Source: Actinomycetota bacterium (GTDB lineage Bacteria > Actinomycetota > UBA4738 > CALAEC01). Taken from it: a stretch of 54,969 bases of DNA. Location: the NCBI GenBank assembly GCA_050693155.1, contig JBOGWA010000099.1:1-54969 (forward strand), read 5' to 3'. This document shows positions 1 to 10,341 of the stretch, piece after piece. The position numbers and the translations under genes are program-made. The notes beneath the pieces were generated by a model that was not told the origin of the DNA, searched no databases, and was given only the letters and a program-made list of their open reading frames with translations. Each line of letters starts with the position of its first letter. Position 1 is the first letter of the stretch.

Positions 1-23
1 GGGGGATCCCCTAATCCGCCGGA

Positions 24-1229
24 TCAGCGGGCGAGCGCGCGAAACAGACGGACGGGGACCCGGTCGCCCGCCTTCGCTCCGGCCTCGACACCATTGATGA
101 AGCCGTTCGCGCGCACGAGAGCGCCCAGCCGGTCGGGCGCCGAGGGAGACGTCAGCTCCGCGTGCCACGCGCCCTCGCGGTGAAAGACCCTCGTCGGAAG
201 ATACAGGCGGACGCCGTACGGTCCGAGCAGGTCTTGGTCGAGGATCGGCAAGACCGTGGGGCGGTCGAGATCGCGCCGGCCGAGGATCTTCAGAATTGCC
301 GGCCGAGCGAGGACTTCGTACGCGATGAAGAGGGAGACCGGTCTTGACGGAAGGCCGAAGAACGGAACACCTTCCACGAAACCGAAACGAAGGACCGCGG
401 GCGGATACATCTCGAGTTCGAGCCGTTCGACGGATGCGATATCGGACAAGACGGCTCCAACCTCTGGGGAGTCGGCGCCGGCGCAGGCGAAGCAGTCCGC
501 ACGGGCGACGTTTTCTTGAAGGACTCCCCGGAGCTCCGCCGAGATTCGCTGGACGATCCCGATCCGGTGCGGCGCCGCCCCCGCCTCGCGAAGCGCACCG
601 AGCAGCGCGAACGAACCCGCGTCTGAGGCACGACCGAATGCGGTCTGGGCCCCGGGCTCCACGACATCGCCGAGCGACGCGACCGCAACCCGCGCCTTTG
701 GATGAACGAACGCGCGTGCATATCCGGCGGCGGCCAGAAGGGCGAGTTCCGGGGCCGAGAGCCGCCGTCCCGCTCCAACGAGCACTTCGGACGCGCGGAC
801 GTCTTCCCCGGCCGGACTGACGAAATCTCCGACGTCCACCGCGCCGGTGACGTGGGCCGTCTCCCCTTCGAAGGTGTAACGATCTCCGGGGACCACGCAG
901 TCCGCGCCTGCGGGGAGGACCGCGCCGGCAACGATGCGGACCGCCTCCCCCCACCCGACCGTTACGCCGGGGGGCCCGTCCGTCATCGCCTCGCCCGCAA
1001 GCCGGAGCTCGATGGGAGCCTTCGGGCTGGCTCCATAGATGTCGGCGGACCGACAGGCGAGCCCATCGAGCGCGGCGGTGGAGAACGGGGGGATGTCGAA
1101 CTCGGAGATCGCGTCGTGCGCGAGGACGCATCCACCTGCCTCGGCAAGGGGCAACTCGATCGGCGCAAGAGGTTTGACGGCGGAAAGAACCTTGTTCCGC
1201 GCCTCGTCGACCGGGAGCATCGCGGGCAT
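24..1229 (-). CDS. moeA: Molybdopterin molybdenumtransferase (MoeA)
   Basis: 401-aa ORF with an ATG start. The N-terminal region 'EFDIPPFSTAALDGLA' and the overall length and domain order are typical of MoeA/gephyrin E-domain proteins. Confidence 0.85.
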   Translation of the reverse strand: MPAMLPVDEARNKVLSAVKPLAPIELPLAEAGGCVLAHDAISEFDIPPFSTAALDGLACRSADIYGASPKAPIELRLAGEAMTDGPPGVTVGWGEAVRIVAGAVLPAGADCVVPGDRYTFEGETAHVTGAVDVGDFVSPAGEDVRASEVLVGAGRRLSAPELALLAAAGYARAFVHPKARVAVASLGDVVEPGAQTAFGRASDAGSFALLGALREAGAAPHRIGIVQRISAELRGVLQENVARADCFACAGADSPEVGAVLSDIASVERLELEMYPPAVLRFGFVEGVPFFGLPSRPVSLFIAYEVLARPAILKILGRRDLDRPTVLPILDQDLLGPYGVRLYLPTRVFHREGAWHAELTSPSAPDRLGALVRANGFINGVEAGAKAGDRVPVRLFRALAR

Positions 1230-1259
1230 CGTACCGCCCGCCTTCGGGCGGACCGAGAT

Positions 1260-2141
1260 CTAGAGCAGCTTCTTGCGCTGCACGAACTCGGTGAGAAACG
1301 CGCGGAACTCCGGGCCGAGATCCTCCCGGTTCGCCGCGATCTCGACAGTGGCCCGAAGGTAGTCGAGCTTTCGTCCGATGTCGTAGCGGGGACCGTCGAA
1401 GACGAAGGCGTACACGGCCTGCTCCCGGGCAAGAAGCGCGATCGCGTCGGTGAGCTGTACCTCCCCTCGCGGATCCGGCGGCGTCTCGACGATTGCGTCG
1501 AAGATCTCGGGCGTAAGGATGTAGCGTCCGATGGAGGCGAGGTTCGAGGGCGCTTCTTCCGGGGGCGGCTTCTCGACGATGTCGAGCACGCGGGCCAGGT
1601 CCTCCTCGACGAACTCGGGCTCGATCGCCCCGTAGAGGCTGATCTCTTCTCGCGGAACCTCCTGGACCGCGAGCACGCTCCGGCCGTAGCGGTCGTGCAC
1701 GTCGATCATCCGCTCGAGCAAGGGCTTGGACGAGTCGACTATGTCGTCTCCGAGCAGGACGGCGAACGGCTCGTCGTCGACGTGGGGTCTGGCCGCGGCG
1801 ACTGCCGAGCCGAGCCCCTTCGGGTCGCGCTGCCGGATGTAGTGGACCTGGGCCATTTCGGTGATCTCCCGGACCTGCTTCAGGTCGTCGTGCTTGCCGG
1901 CCAGCTCGAGGTAATGCTCGAGTTCGAAGGAGCGGTCGAAGTGATCCTCGAGGGTCCGCTTGCCACGGCCGGTCACGATGAGGATGTCCAGGAGGCCCGC
2001 GCGCACAGCCTCCTCGACGACGTACTGGATCGTGGGTTTGTCGACGATCGGCAGCATCTCTTTCGGCTGCGCCTTCGTCGCCGGGAGGAAGCGAGTCCCG
2101 AGGCCTGCGGCGGGGATGACCGCCTTCGTGACCTTCGTCAT
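1260..2141 (-). CDS. galU: UTP--glucose-1-phosphate uridylyltransferase
   Basis: 293 aa. The N-terminal signature 'AVIPAAGLGTRFLPATKAQPKEMLPIVDKPTIQY' is the classic GalU nucleotidyltransferase motif. Confidence 0.9.
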   Translation of the reverse strand: MTKVTKAVIPAAGLGTRFLPATKAQPKEMLPIVDKPTIQYVVEEAVRAGLLDILIVTGRGKRTLEDHFDRSFELEHYLELAGKHDDLKQVREITEMAQVHYIRQRDPKGLGSAVAAARPHVDDEPFAVLLGDDIVDSSKPLLERMIDVHDRYGRSVLAVQEVPREEISLYGAIEPEFVEEDLARVLDIVEKPPPEEAPSNLASIGRYILTPEIFDAIVETPPDPRGEVQLTDAIALLAREQAVYAFVFDGPRYDIGRKLDYLRATVEIAANREDLGPEFRAFLTEFVQRKKLL

Positions 2142-2199
2142 GGGGCGCCGGGAGTCTAGCGGCAGATCGGCCGGGTCGAAAGTCCGCTTTGTGGTGTTC

Positions 2200-3348
<1,149 letters not shown>

Positions 3349-3383
3349 TCGATGTATCGGACCGATGGGAGACGGCCTTGACG

Positions 3384-3980
3384 ATGGCAGGTGACCCGCA
3401 GGTCGAGAAGTTCACCGTTCGAGAGGAGATGCGCAGGCTCCGGGCCCGGGTCCCCCTCGACGAGCGCGCGGTCATGGAGTCATCGCTCGAGAACCGGTTG
3501 CTGGCCCTTCCCCAGATCGCCGGCGCCGCCACCGTGCTCCTTTTCTATTCCTTTGGCTCGGAGGTCGAAACCTCCGGGATCGCCGAGGGGCTTCACGGCT
3601 CGGGAACGCGCTTGTTGCTTCCCTTCATCGAGGACGATCGGCTCGAAGCCACCGACGTCGGGCCCGGCGATCCGCTGGTCCAGACCGATTACGGCCCGAA
3701 GGAACCGATGCGGCGACGCCCCGTCGATCCACGCGAGATCGACGCCGTCGTCACCCCCGGCCTCGCCTTCGATCGGACGGGTCGGCGGCTTGGCTACGGA
3801 GGAGGGTTCTACGATCGATACCTCACTCGCGTGCGGCCCGACGCCATTAGGATCGGCGTTGCGTTCGCATTCCAAGTCCTCGACGAGGCGCCCGCCGATC
3901 CGAGCGACGAGCGCGTCAACATCGTCGTCACCGACACCGAGACCATCGAGTGTCTTCCGGCGGGCGGCTCTGATTCGTAG
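3384..3980 (+). CDS. 5-formyltetrahydrofolate cyclo-ligase
   Basis: Motifs 'VLLFYSFGSEVET' and 'GLAFDRTGRRLGYGGGFYDRYL' are typical of MTHFS. I chose the ATG at 3384. The track ORF begins at 3165, but that extension overlaps the divergent GGDEF gene. Confidence 0.8.
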   Translation: MAGDPQVEKFTVREEMRRLRARVPLDERAVMESSLENRLLALPQIAGAATVLLFYSFGSEVETSGIAEGLHGSGTRLLLPFIEDDRLEATDVGPGDPLVQTDYGPKEPMRRRPVDPREIDAVVTPGLAFDRTGRRLGYGGGFYDRYLTRVRPDAIRIGVAFAFQVLDEAPADPSDERVNIVVTDTETIECLPAGGSDS

Positions 3981-4009
3981 CGAAACCCCGAACCTATAAT
4001 CGCCTGGCG

Positions 4010-4342
4010 ATGCCCACCTACGAATACGTCTGCACCGCGTGCGGAGAACGGATCGAGATCCTTCAACCTATCGGCGACCGTCCCCTCCGGAAATGCCCGG
4101 TGTGCGGCGGTGCGCTCCGGAAGGTCTTCCATCCCGCGGGCATCGTCTTCAAGGGGTCTGGGTTCTACCGGACGGACGCGCGACCGGCGGAGTCCCGGGC
4201 CGGCGGCGACGGCGCGAAGTCGGAAGCGGGCGTGAAGACGGAAGCCGGCGCGAAGTCGGAAGCCGGCGTGAAGACGGAAAAGAAGAAGGAGGCGAAGACC
4301 TCCTCGGGAGACGCATCTTCAAAGAAGGAGAAGAGCGCCTGA
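4010..4342 (+). CDS. FmdB-family zinc-ribbon protein with a low-complexity Lys/Glu/Ala tail
   Basis: 'MPTYEYVCTACGERIEILQPIGDRPLRKCPVCGG...FKGSGFY' matches the CxxC...CxxC FmdB/regulatory zinc-ribbon signature. Confidence 0.8.
   Translation: MPTYEYVCTACGERIEILQPIGDRPLRKCPVCGGALRKVFHPAGIVFKGSGFYRTDARPAESRAGGDGAKSEAGVKTEAGAKSEAGVKTEKKKEAKTSSGDASSKKEKSA
4214..4279 (+). repeat. About 1.8 copies of a 36-nt tandem repeat (AKSEAGVKTEAG unit) in the FmdB tail
   Basis: gcgaagtcggaagc(g/c)ggcgtgaagacggaa recurs with a 36-nt period (4214 and 4250). Confidence 0.85.
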
Positions 4343-5145
4343 GCCGGGCGAAGATCGGCGTCTTCGGAGGATCGGGGTTCTACTCGTTCCTCGACGAGGT
4401 GGAAGAGGTCGAGGTCGACACACCCTACGGAAAGCCATCGGCCCCGATCGTCATCGGTGAGATCGAGAATCGAAACGTCGCGTTCCTTCCGCGCCACGGA
4501 CGACGTCACGAATTTCCTCCCCACAAGGTGCCATATCGCGCCAACCTCTGGGCGATGAAGCAACTCGGGGTCGAGCGGCTGATCGGGCCGTGCGCGGCCG
4601 GCTCCCTCCGCAAGGACGTCGAACCCGGCCACTTCGTCGTCTGCGACCAGCTCGTCGATCGGACCTCCGGGCGGGCCGATACGTTCTACGACGGGCCGGA
4701 GACGACGCACATCTCATTCGCCGAGCCCTACTGCCCCACGCTTCGGGAGCTCGTGATCGACAAGGCCCGAGTCCTCGGAATCAAGGTGCACCAGCAGGGG
4801 ACCGTCGTGGTAGTCCAGGGCCCGCGTTTCTCGACTCGTTCCGAGTCCGAGTTCTATCGAGGGCAGGGGTGGGAGGTCGTGAACATGACCCAGTACCCGG
4901 AGGTCGCGCTAGCTCGGGAACTCGAGATGTGCTACGTGAACATCTCGCTGATCACCGACTACGACGTCGGCATCGAGGGCGAGGACATCGAGGCGGTCAC
5001 GAACGAGGCGGTCATCGATGTCTTCAACGCGAACAACAATCGGCTTCGCAGCCTGCTTGTTGGCATCGCGCCTGAGATTCCGGTCGAGCGGGACTGCCCA
5101 TGCGCGACCGCGCTCGAAGGGGCTCGATTCGAGGTGAGCGAGTAG
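4339..5145 (+). CDS. mtnP: S-methyl-5'-thioadenosine phosphorylase (MTAP); start codon uncertain
   Basis: 'KIGVFGGSGFY', 'FLPRHGRRHEFPPHKVPYRANLWAMKQLGV' and 'MTQYPEVALARELEMCY' are MTAP/PNP-family motifs. The homology-defined N-terminus coincides with CTG 4339, which has GAAGGAG 8 nt upstream and overlaps the fmdB TGA. The nearest canonical in-frame starts are at 4093/4102 and earlier. Confidence 0.75.
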   Translation: MSRAKIGVFGGSGFYSFLDEVEEVEVDTPYGKPSAPIVIGEIENRNVAFLPRHGRRHEFPPHKVPYRANLWAMKQLGVERLIGPCAAGSLRKDVEPGHFVVCDQLVDRTSGRADTFYDGPETTHISFAEPYCPTLRELVIDKARVLGIKVHQQGTVVVVQGPRFSTRSESEFYRGQGWEVVNMTQYPEVALARELEMCYVNISLITDYDVGIEGEDIEAVTNEAVIDVFNANNNRLRSLLVGIAPEIPVERDCPCATALEGARFEVSE

Positions 5146-5211
5146 CTGTCAGTGGGGGGTCGTAGGCTCCTCTTTTCCTGACGGACCGGACCTCCCCCGG
5201 AAGGGAGCGAG

Positions 5212-5835
5212 ATGCGGCGCAAACGCCCACTCGCCTCGAAGGTGCTGCTGGTGCTCGCGCTCGTCGTCGGCGTCGGTGCGACCCTCGAATTGCGAGGATA
5301 TCTGGCCGGGCTGGAGGCACAGGCCTCCCCGCCGGAGATGGCCACGATCCTCGTCGCGGCGGTCGACCTGCCACGCGGCGTGACGCTGGAAGCAGACATG
5401 CTGCGGACGACTCGGATCCCCATCGCGTACGCGCCGCCGGGGGTCCTCTCCAAGGTCGACGAAGCGATCGGGTTGGTACTGCTCACCGACCTGCTGACTG
5501 GAGAGCCGCTGACGCCGTCGCGGCTCTCTCGCGGCGGCCCCATCGCCGCGTTGGTGCCCGACGGCTTGCGAGCGATCGCGGTGACGGTTCCCATGCCGGC
5601 GGGAGCGCTTGCGCCCGGGGACCGCGTGGACCTTTTCGCCACGTACGCGGCCGGCAACCCACATACCGAGGCGGTTGCGACGGACCTCGAGGTCCTCCGA
5701 ATCGTCGAAAGCAGCATTGGAGAGCTGGGGGAGGCAACGAGCCTGCTGCTCCTCGTCTCGCCCGAGACGGCGGAGCGGATCGCATTCGCCCGCGCGTTCG
5801 CGGACCTTTCCCTCGCCATCGTTCCGGTCGGATAG
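5212..5835 (+). CDS. CpaB/RcpC-like SAF-domain protein (Flp-pilus assembly CpaB family), orphan
   Basis: 207 aa with an N-terminal TM/signal anchor. The SAF-like segment 'ILVAAVDLPRGVTLEADML' and the C-terminal 'RAIAVTV...PGDRVDLFAT' resemble CpaB. No other tad/cpa genes are nearby. Confidence 0.55.
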   Translation: MRRKRPLASKVLLVLALVVGVGATLELRGYLAGLEAQASPPEMATILVAAVDLPRGVTLEADMLRTTRIPIAYAPPGVLSKVDEAIGLVLLTDLLTGEPLTPSRLSRGGPIAALVPDGLRAIAVTVPMPAGALAPGDRVDLFATYAAGNPHTEAVATDLEVLRIVESSIGELGEATSLLLLVSPETAERIAFARAFADLSLAIVPVG

Positions 5836-5865
5836 GAGCCCGGTGAGTCGCCTAGACTGCCCCGA

Positions 5866-6678
5866 ATGCGCGAGCTCATTCTGGGCGCCGTCCAGGGACT
5901 CACCGAGTTCGTGCCGGTCTCCTCCTCGGCCCACCTGGTGCTCGTTCCGTATGTGCTCGGCTGGCCGATCCCGAGCTTGGCCTTCGACGTCGCCGTCCAT
6001 CTCGGGACCGGGGTGGCGGTCATCGTGTACTTCTGGCGTGAGCTGACGGGGATCGTCATCGGGACCTTCCGGACGATTGTTGGAAGCCGCCGACCGCTCG
6101 ACGTGGCCCACGCGCGCCTCGCCGGACTGCTCGTTATCGCCTCGATTCCCGCCGGCGTCTTCGGAATCTGGGCCCGAGACTTCTTCGAGGATCTTTTTGG
6201 CGAGCCGGTGACCGTCGCGATCCTTCTTCTCGGAACGGCAGCGCTTCTAGTGATCGGTGAGGTTGCCGTACGGCGACGAGGCGATGATCTTCGCCGTGAC
6301 CTGGGAAGCATCGGGCTCGTCGATGCGATCTGGATGGGCTTGCTTCAGGGAGTGTCGATCGCGCCGGGCATCTCCCGGTCGGGAGCTACGATGGCCGGCG
6401 GCCTGCTCCGAGGACTGTCGCGCAGCACCTCGGCGCGCTTCGCCTTCCTCATGAGCCTCCCGGCGATCCTTGGAGCGGGGCTCATCCAGATCCCCGACCT
6501 TCCTTCGGGAACGGATGTGCCGTTGGTTCTGGGCGCCGGCGCAGTAGCAGGGGTTGTGGGGCTCCTTTCGATCCGATATCTGCTTCAGTTTCTCAAGGAG
6601 AAGACGCTCGCCCCCTTTGCCGTGTACTGCGTGATCGCATCCGCTATAGCGCTCGGCCTGTACTCACAGATCAGGTAG
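5866..6678 (+). CDS. uppP: Undecaprenyl-diphosphate phosphatase
   Basis: 270 aa and polytopic, with the signature motifs 'GLTEFVPVSSSAHL' and 'PGISRSGATM'. Confidence 0.9.
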   Translation: MRELILGAVQGLTEFVPVSSSAHLVLVPYVLGWPIPSLAFDVAVHLGTGVAVIVYFWRELTGIVIGTFRTIVGSRRPLDVAHARLAGLLVIASIPAGVFGIWARDFFEDLFGEPVTVAILLLGTAALLVIGEVAVRRRGDDLRRDLGSIGLVDAIWMGLLQGVSIAPGISRSGATMAGGLLRGLSRSTSARFAFLMSLPAILGAGLIQIPDLPSGTDVPLVLGAGAVAGVVGLLSIRYLLQFLKEKTLAPFAVYCVIASAIALGLYSQIR

Positions 6679-6687
6679 CCGGACGCA

Positions 6688-8580
6688 ATGCGCACCGTGC
6701 GCACCGTGCGCCCCAGGCGATTCCGGGACGAGCCCTGGGTGCGGGCGATGGTCATCGCAGCCGCGCTCGCGGGGGCCATCCTGGCGCTGTTCGTCGCGTA
6801 TCCGATCCTCGAGGGATTCCGTTTCCCGATCGGTCCGGACGGCCCCGTGTATACGTGGTGGGCGCGCTCTGCGGAGGTAGCCGGGCTCGGGGTGCTGCCC
6901 GGACGCCCGGGTGTTCCGGCCGCAACCCTCGTTCTCGGCGGATTCCTCCGGACGGAGCCCATTCAAACCGTGGCGCTGCTCGGCCCCTTGCTCGCCGCGG
7001 CCGCCGGTCTCGCCGCAGGCGCCCTCCTCGAGATGTCGCTGGGGTCCTTCCCGCTCCGATCTGGGGCGGCCGCAATCCTCACCGGAGGCTTCGCCGCGGG
7101 CCTTGCGCCGGGGTGGCTCGGCAATCTCGGTCAGGTCGTTCTTTTCCTCGCAGCGCTGGCCGTCTTCGCGCGGGCGGATCGCTCGTGGCGACCCGTCTGG
7201 CTCGGCGGGGGGCTTGTCACCGCAGGAGCGTTCGCGCACCCGGCCTTCCAGATCCTCGCGGGCGTGATCCTTGCCGGCGCTCTTCTCACGTACGCACCCG
7301 CTGTTGCTCGCCACCTGAAAGCCGGAGGCTCATTCCTCGAGACCTTGCCCGGACGGGTCGCAATCGGAGCCGTGGCCGGAGGCGCCGCCGCGGGCGCGGG
7401 CTTCGCGAGTCTCGCGATCGGCGCGACTCCCATCGTCGTCGACACGTCCCAGGACGGGTTCTTCCGGCGCGTGGGGCTCGCCGCCGAGGTCCGACGAAAC
7501 TACAGGGAACGCGTGGCGACCGATGTGCTGCGAGGAACCGGATTCCTGACGTCGGGCATCGGGTTCGGGGCAGCCGTGGCCGGCCGGCGTCGGGAGTTCC
7601 TCGAGAATTCCGGTGGGCGTTACCTCCTCGCGATCCTTGCCTCGTGGGGGCTCGTCACGGCGGGCGGCATGCTGGTCCTGGGCCCATCAGGCATGGGACC
7701 GGCTCATCGCCTCCTGGCTTTTGCCTTCGTGCTGCCGATCGCGGGAGGCGTCGCCTTCGGACTGGCGAGCGGAACATCCCGACGAGCACTGCTGGCTGCG
7801 GCCGTGATCGCCGGGGCCGTGTTTGTTGGGAGCTCGCTGTACGGCTGGTACCGGGAAGAGCCGCATGTGACGGCTGCAGAGCTGAGCGCCGTGGCGCGTG
7901 CGGCCGCCCAGACGGAAGGTCTCGCTGGAGGAACACCACTGATCTTCGTGGTCGACACCCCGGAGCTCTCCGCCGCGTTCCACGTCACGCGATTCGGCAA
8001 CGTCATCCGGATGGGCCTCCCGGCGGCTCGGATCGATGATCTGTACGTGGCGACCGGCGACCCGGCCGACTTTCTCGCCGATCGTCCAACGGCGACCGGC
8101 GACCCCGAGCACGATGAGCTCTCGCGTGTCTATCTGGAGCAGGCGCGGCCCGTTCGTGACCGGGCCGCCGTGTTCGTTCTTCGCCCGTTCAACATCGAGG
8201 GATACGAGACCGCCCGACGCCTGGGAACAGAAACGACCCCGGGCCTCGTACTCCTGAAGGCCCCGTCCGGCGCGCTCGAACCCGGGTCGGCGCCGACAGA
8301 CGTCACATCGGGCCTCGATCCAATTGGCCTCATGGCGCTCCCAGTCGCAGCCCTCGCGCTCCTCGGCGCCCTCGGGGGCGGATGGGCTCTATGGAGCGCG
8401 AGGTCTGCGGGCCCGCTCGCTGTTTCCTTTCTCGCCTGCCCCGTCGGCGTTGGCGTGCTCGTCCTCGCGGGCGTGATCGCGGATCGTCTTGGAATGGCCG
8501 TGTCCGGCCCGGCGGGAGTTATCGCCGCCGGATTGGTTGCCGCCGCTGGATACGTGGCCGCACATCGAACCAGGGCTTGA
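6688..8580 (+). CDS. Large polytopic membrane protein of unknown function (about 10 or more TM segments, a soluble domain and C-terminal TM helices)
   Basis: 630-aa ORF with many hydrophobic helices rich in Ala/Gly/Leu, a soluble stretch ('PLIFVVDTPELSAAFHVTRFGN...') and two further C-terminal TM segments. I recognise no family motif. Confidence 0.6.
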   Translation: MRTVRTVRPRRFRDEPWVRAMVIAAALAGAILALFVAYPILEGFRFPIGPDGPVYTWWARSAEVAGLGVLPGRPGVPAATLVLGGFLRTEPIQTVALLGPLLAAAAGLAAGALLEMSLGSFPLRSGAAAILTGGFAAGLAPGWLGNLGQVVLFLAALAVFARADRSWRPVWLGGGLVTAGAFAHPAFQILAGVILAGALLTYAPAVARHLKAGGSFLETLPGRVAIGAVAGGAAAGAGFASLAIGATPIVVDTSQDGFFRRVGLAAEVRRNYRERVATDVLRGTGFLTSGIGFGAAVAGRRREFLENSGGRYLLAILASWGLVTAGGMLVLGPSGMGPAHRLLAFAFVLPIAGGVAFGLASGTSRRALLAAAVIAGAVFVGSSLYGWYREEPHVTAAELSAVARAAAQTEGLAGGTPLIFVVDTPELSAAFHVTRFGNVIRMGLPAARIDDLYVATGDPADFLADRPTATGDPEHDELSRVYLEQARPVRDRAAVFVLRPFNIEGYETARRLGTETTPGLVLLKAPSGALEPGSAPTDVTSGLDPIGLMALPVAALALLGALGGGWALWSARSAGPLAVSFLACPVGVGVLVLAGVIADRLGMAVSGPAGVIAAGLVAAAGYVAAHRTRA

Positions 8581-10183
8581 GCCGCGCCGGCCACAGGGCG
8601 CCATCCTCGAGAAGGAGCGGGTCGCGGGTCCCACCGGTCGGACCGAGTCGAACACGGCGGCGGAGATCCGCGAGCAGCGCCACCGCCATCAGGAGCACGA
8701 GTGGCGTAGCGATCCAGTGCAGCGCGAACACCATCGCTTCCCAAGCCCCCGGCGCTCGGCTCGGCTCCGCGACGATCTCCGTGATGGCGAGGGCAACGCT
8801 CACGATCACTACACCGTCGCGGGCCGGCCGCGGCAGGAGCCACGCGAGGGGCACAACCCAGGCCACGTACCACGGCAGCAGGATCGGGGAGAGCACGAGC
8901 GTGAGCAGCAATCCCCATCCCATTCCGGCGATGACAACCATGGGATCGAGCCTGCGACCGGCTCGAACCACGTGCCGAATGATGGCAACCACCGCAGCGA
9001 GCAAGAGAGCCGCGAACGCGAGGCGCACGACGAGCGATATCAGCTCCGCCCCGGTTTGCCCTCCGATCCACCTCGCGACGCCTCGAAGGCTCACATACAC
9101 GAATCGAGACGGCGCGAGCCAGCCGGCGCGACCGGCGAGCTCGAACTGGCCGAGCGTCGGATCTTCCGTCTGAAAGAAGGGAATCACGAAGGGCAACCCC
9201 GCAAGCGCCGCGATGCCGGCGTGCGCTGCAAGGGTGCGCATGCGGGCTCCGGATCGGCGGCTCGCAACCGCTGCCGCGACCATGATCAGGAGAGGGACAG
9301 CCACCACAGCTTTCACAAGTGCGCCGACGACAAGCACTGCGGTTGCGGCGAGCTCCCGGCGGTCGAGCAGCAGCAACACGGCCCCGGCTAACGACAGCCC
9401 AACGATCGCGTCGTTGTGTCCGCCGCCGACGCCGTGGAAAACCACCACGGGATTCCAGCCCACGAGCGCCGCGGCGAACGCCGCTCGCTCCGGCCGCGCC
9501 CGCCTCGCCGCCGAAGCAACGAGGAACATCGTCGCCGCGCTGGCGATGGCCGCGATCGTCTTGAAGGCGACGACCGAGGAGGCTGGAGACTCAGCGACGG
9601 AGGTGACTCCGGCCGCGGCCGCGCTGAAGGCAGGTCCATAGACAGACGGCGAGTCCACCCAAAAGCGCGAAACCACCGGGTAGATGGGGTCGTCGGGAAA
9701 CTCCTGAGGCGTCGCGACGTAAGGATTTCTCCCGTACTCCGAGACGATCCGCCCGTAGGCCGTGTAGCTGTAGACATCCCGCGAGAAGAGCAGGGGGAGG
9801 ACGAGGACAACCGCGTGGAGGAGAACTCCGACGACGAGAATCCGTCGGAGAGCCAGGCGGCCTCCCCACGCGAGGCGAAGTGAGTATACGAAGGCCGCCG
9901 CCGCCGCGACGAGCAGCGCCGCGCTCAGGGCGGCCGCAAAACCGGTCCCGACCTGGTCGAGGCCGATGAAACGCGCCGCGGCAGCAAGCGCGCGGAGTGG
10001 CCCCGCATCCGGAGCGAGTTGGGGAGTGATCGCCGACGCGGGGCGCGAGGCAACGAGCGCGATTCCGCCGGCCGACGCAAGGAGGGCGGCGGTCGCGAGA
10101 CGCGCCTGCATCAGCCTGGCGAATCTCTCTCTGTCGCCATCCGAGGTCGAGGCGCGCTTCATTGCGGACTTCGTCTGGGTCAT
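8519..10183 (-). CDS. Polytopic membrane protein resembling the GT87/DUF2029 polyprenol-phosphate-mannose-dependent glycosyltransferases (GT-C type)
   Basis: 554 aa and multi-TM. The first-loop region 'FSRDVYSYTAYGRIVSEYGRNPYV' resembles the conserved loop of mycobacterial MptA/MptB/PimE-like enzymes. The family assignment is from memory only. Confidence 0.55.
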   Translation of the reverse strand: MTQTKSAMKRASTSDGDRERFARLMQARLATAALLASAGGIALVASRPASAITPQLAPDAGPLRALAAAARFIGLDQVGTGFAAALSAALLVAAAAAFVYSLRLAWGGRLALRRILVVGVLLHAVVLVLPLLFSRDVYSYTAYGRIVSEYGRNPYVATPQEFPDDPIYPVVSRFWVDSPSVYGPAFSAAAAGVTSVAESPASSVVAFKTIAAIASAATMFLVASAARRARPERAAFAAALVGWNPVVVFHGVGGGHNDAIVGLSLAGAVLLLLDRRELAATAVLVVGALVKAVVAVPLLIMVAAAVASRRSGARMRTLAAHAGIAALAGLPFVIPFFQTEDPTLGQFELAGRAGWLAPSRFVYVSLRGVARWIGGQTGAELISLVVRLAFAALLLAAVVAIIRHVVRAGRRLDPMVVIAGMGWGLLLTLVLSPILLPWYVAWVVPLAWLLPRPARDGVVIVSVALAITEIVAEPSRAPGAWEAMVFALHWIATPLVLLMAVALLADLRRRVRLGPTGGTRDPLLLEDGALWPARLKPWFDVRPRIQRRQPIRRR

Positions 10184-10256
10184 CGGACGCCGGCTGACTC
10201 TAACAAGGCCTCGGAGAAAGACGGCTGTCTAGAATCGCGGCTGCCGGCCCCCGTAG

Positions 10257-10329
10257 CTCAGTGGAGAGAGCACCGGTTTCCTAAACCGGGTGTCGGAGGT
10301 TCGATTCCTCCCGGGGGCGCGAGTGGTTG
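10257..10329 (+). tRNA. tRNA-Arg (anticodon CCT)
   Basis: Folded by hand as a cloverleaf. Acceptor stem GCCCCCG/CGGGGGC, D arm GCTC-AGTGGAGA-GAGC, anticodon stem CCGGT/ACCGG with loop TTCCTAA, T arm GGAGG-TTCGATT-CCTCC, discriminator G. Confidence 0.9.
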
Positions 10330-10341
10330 CCGGAACCCGCG

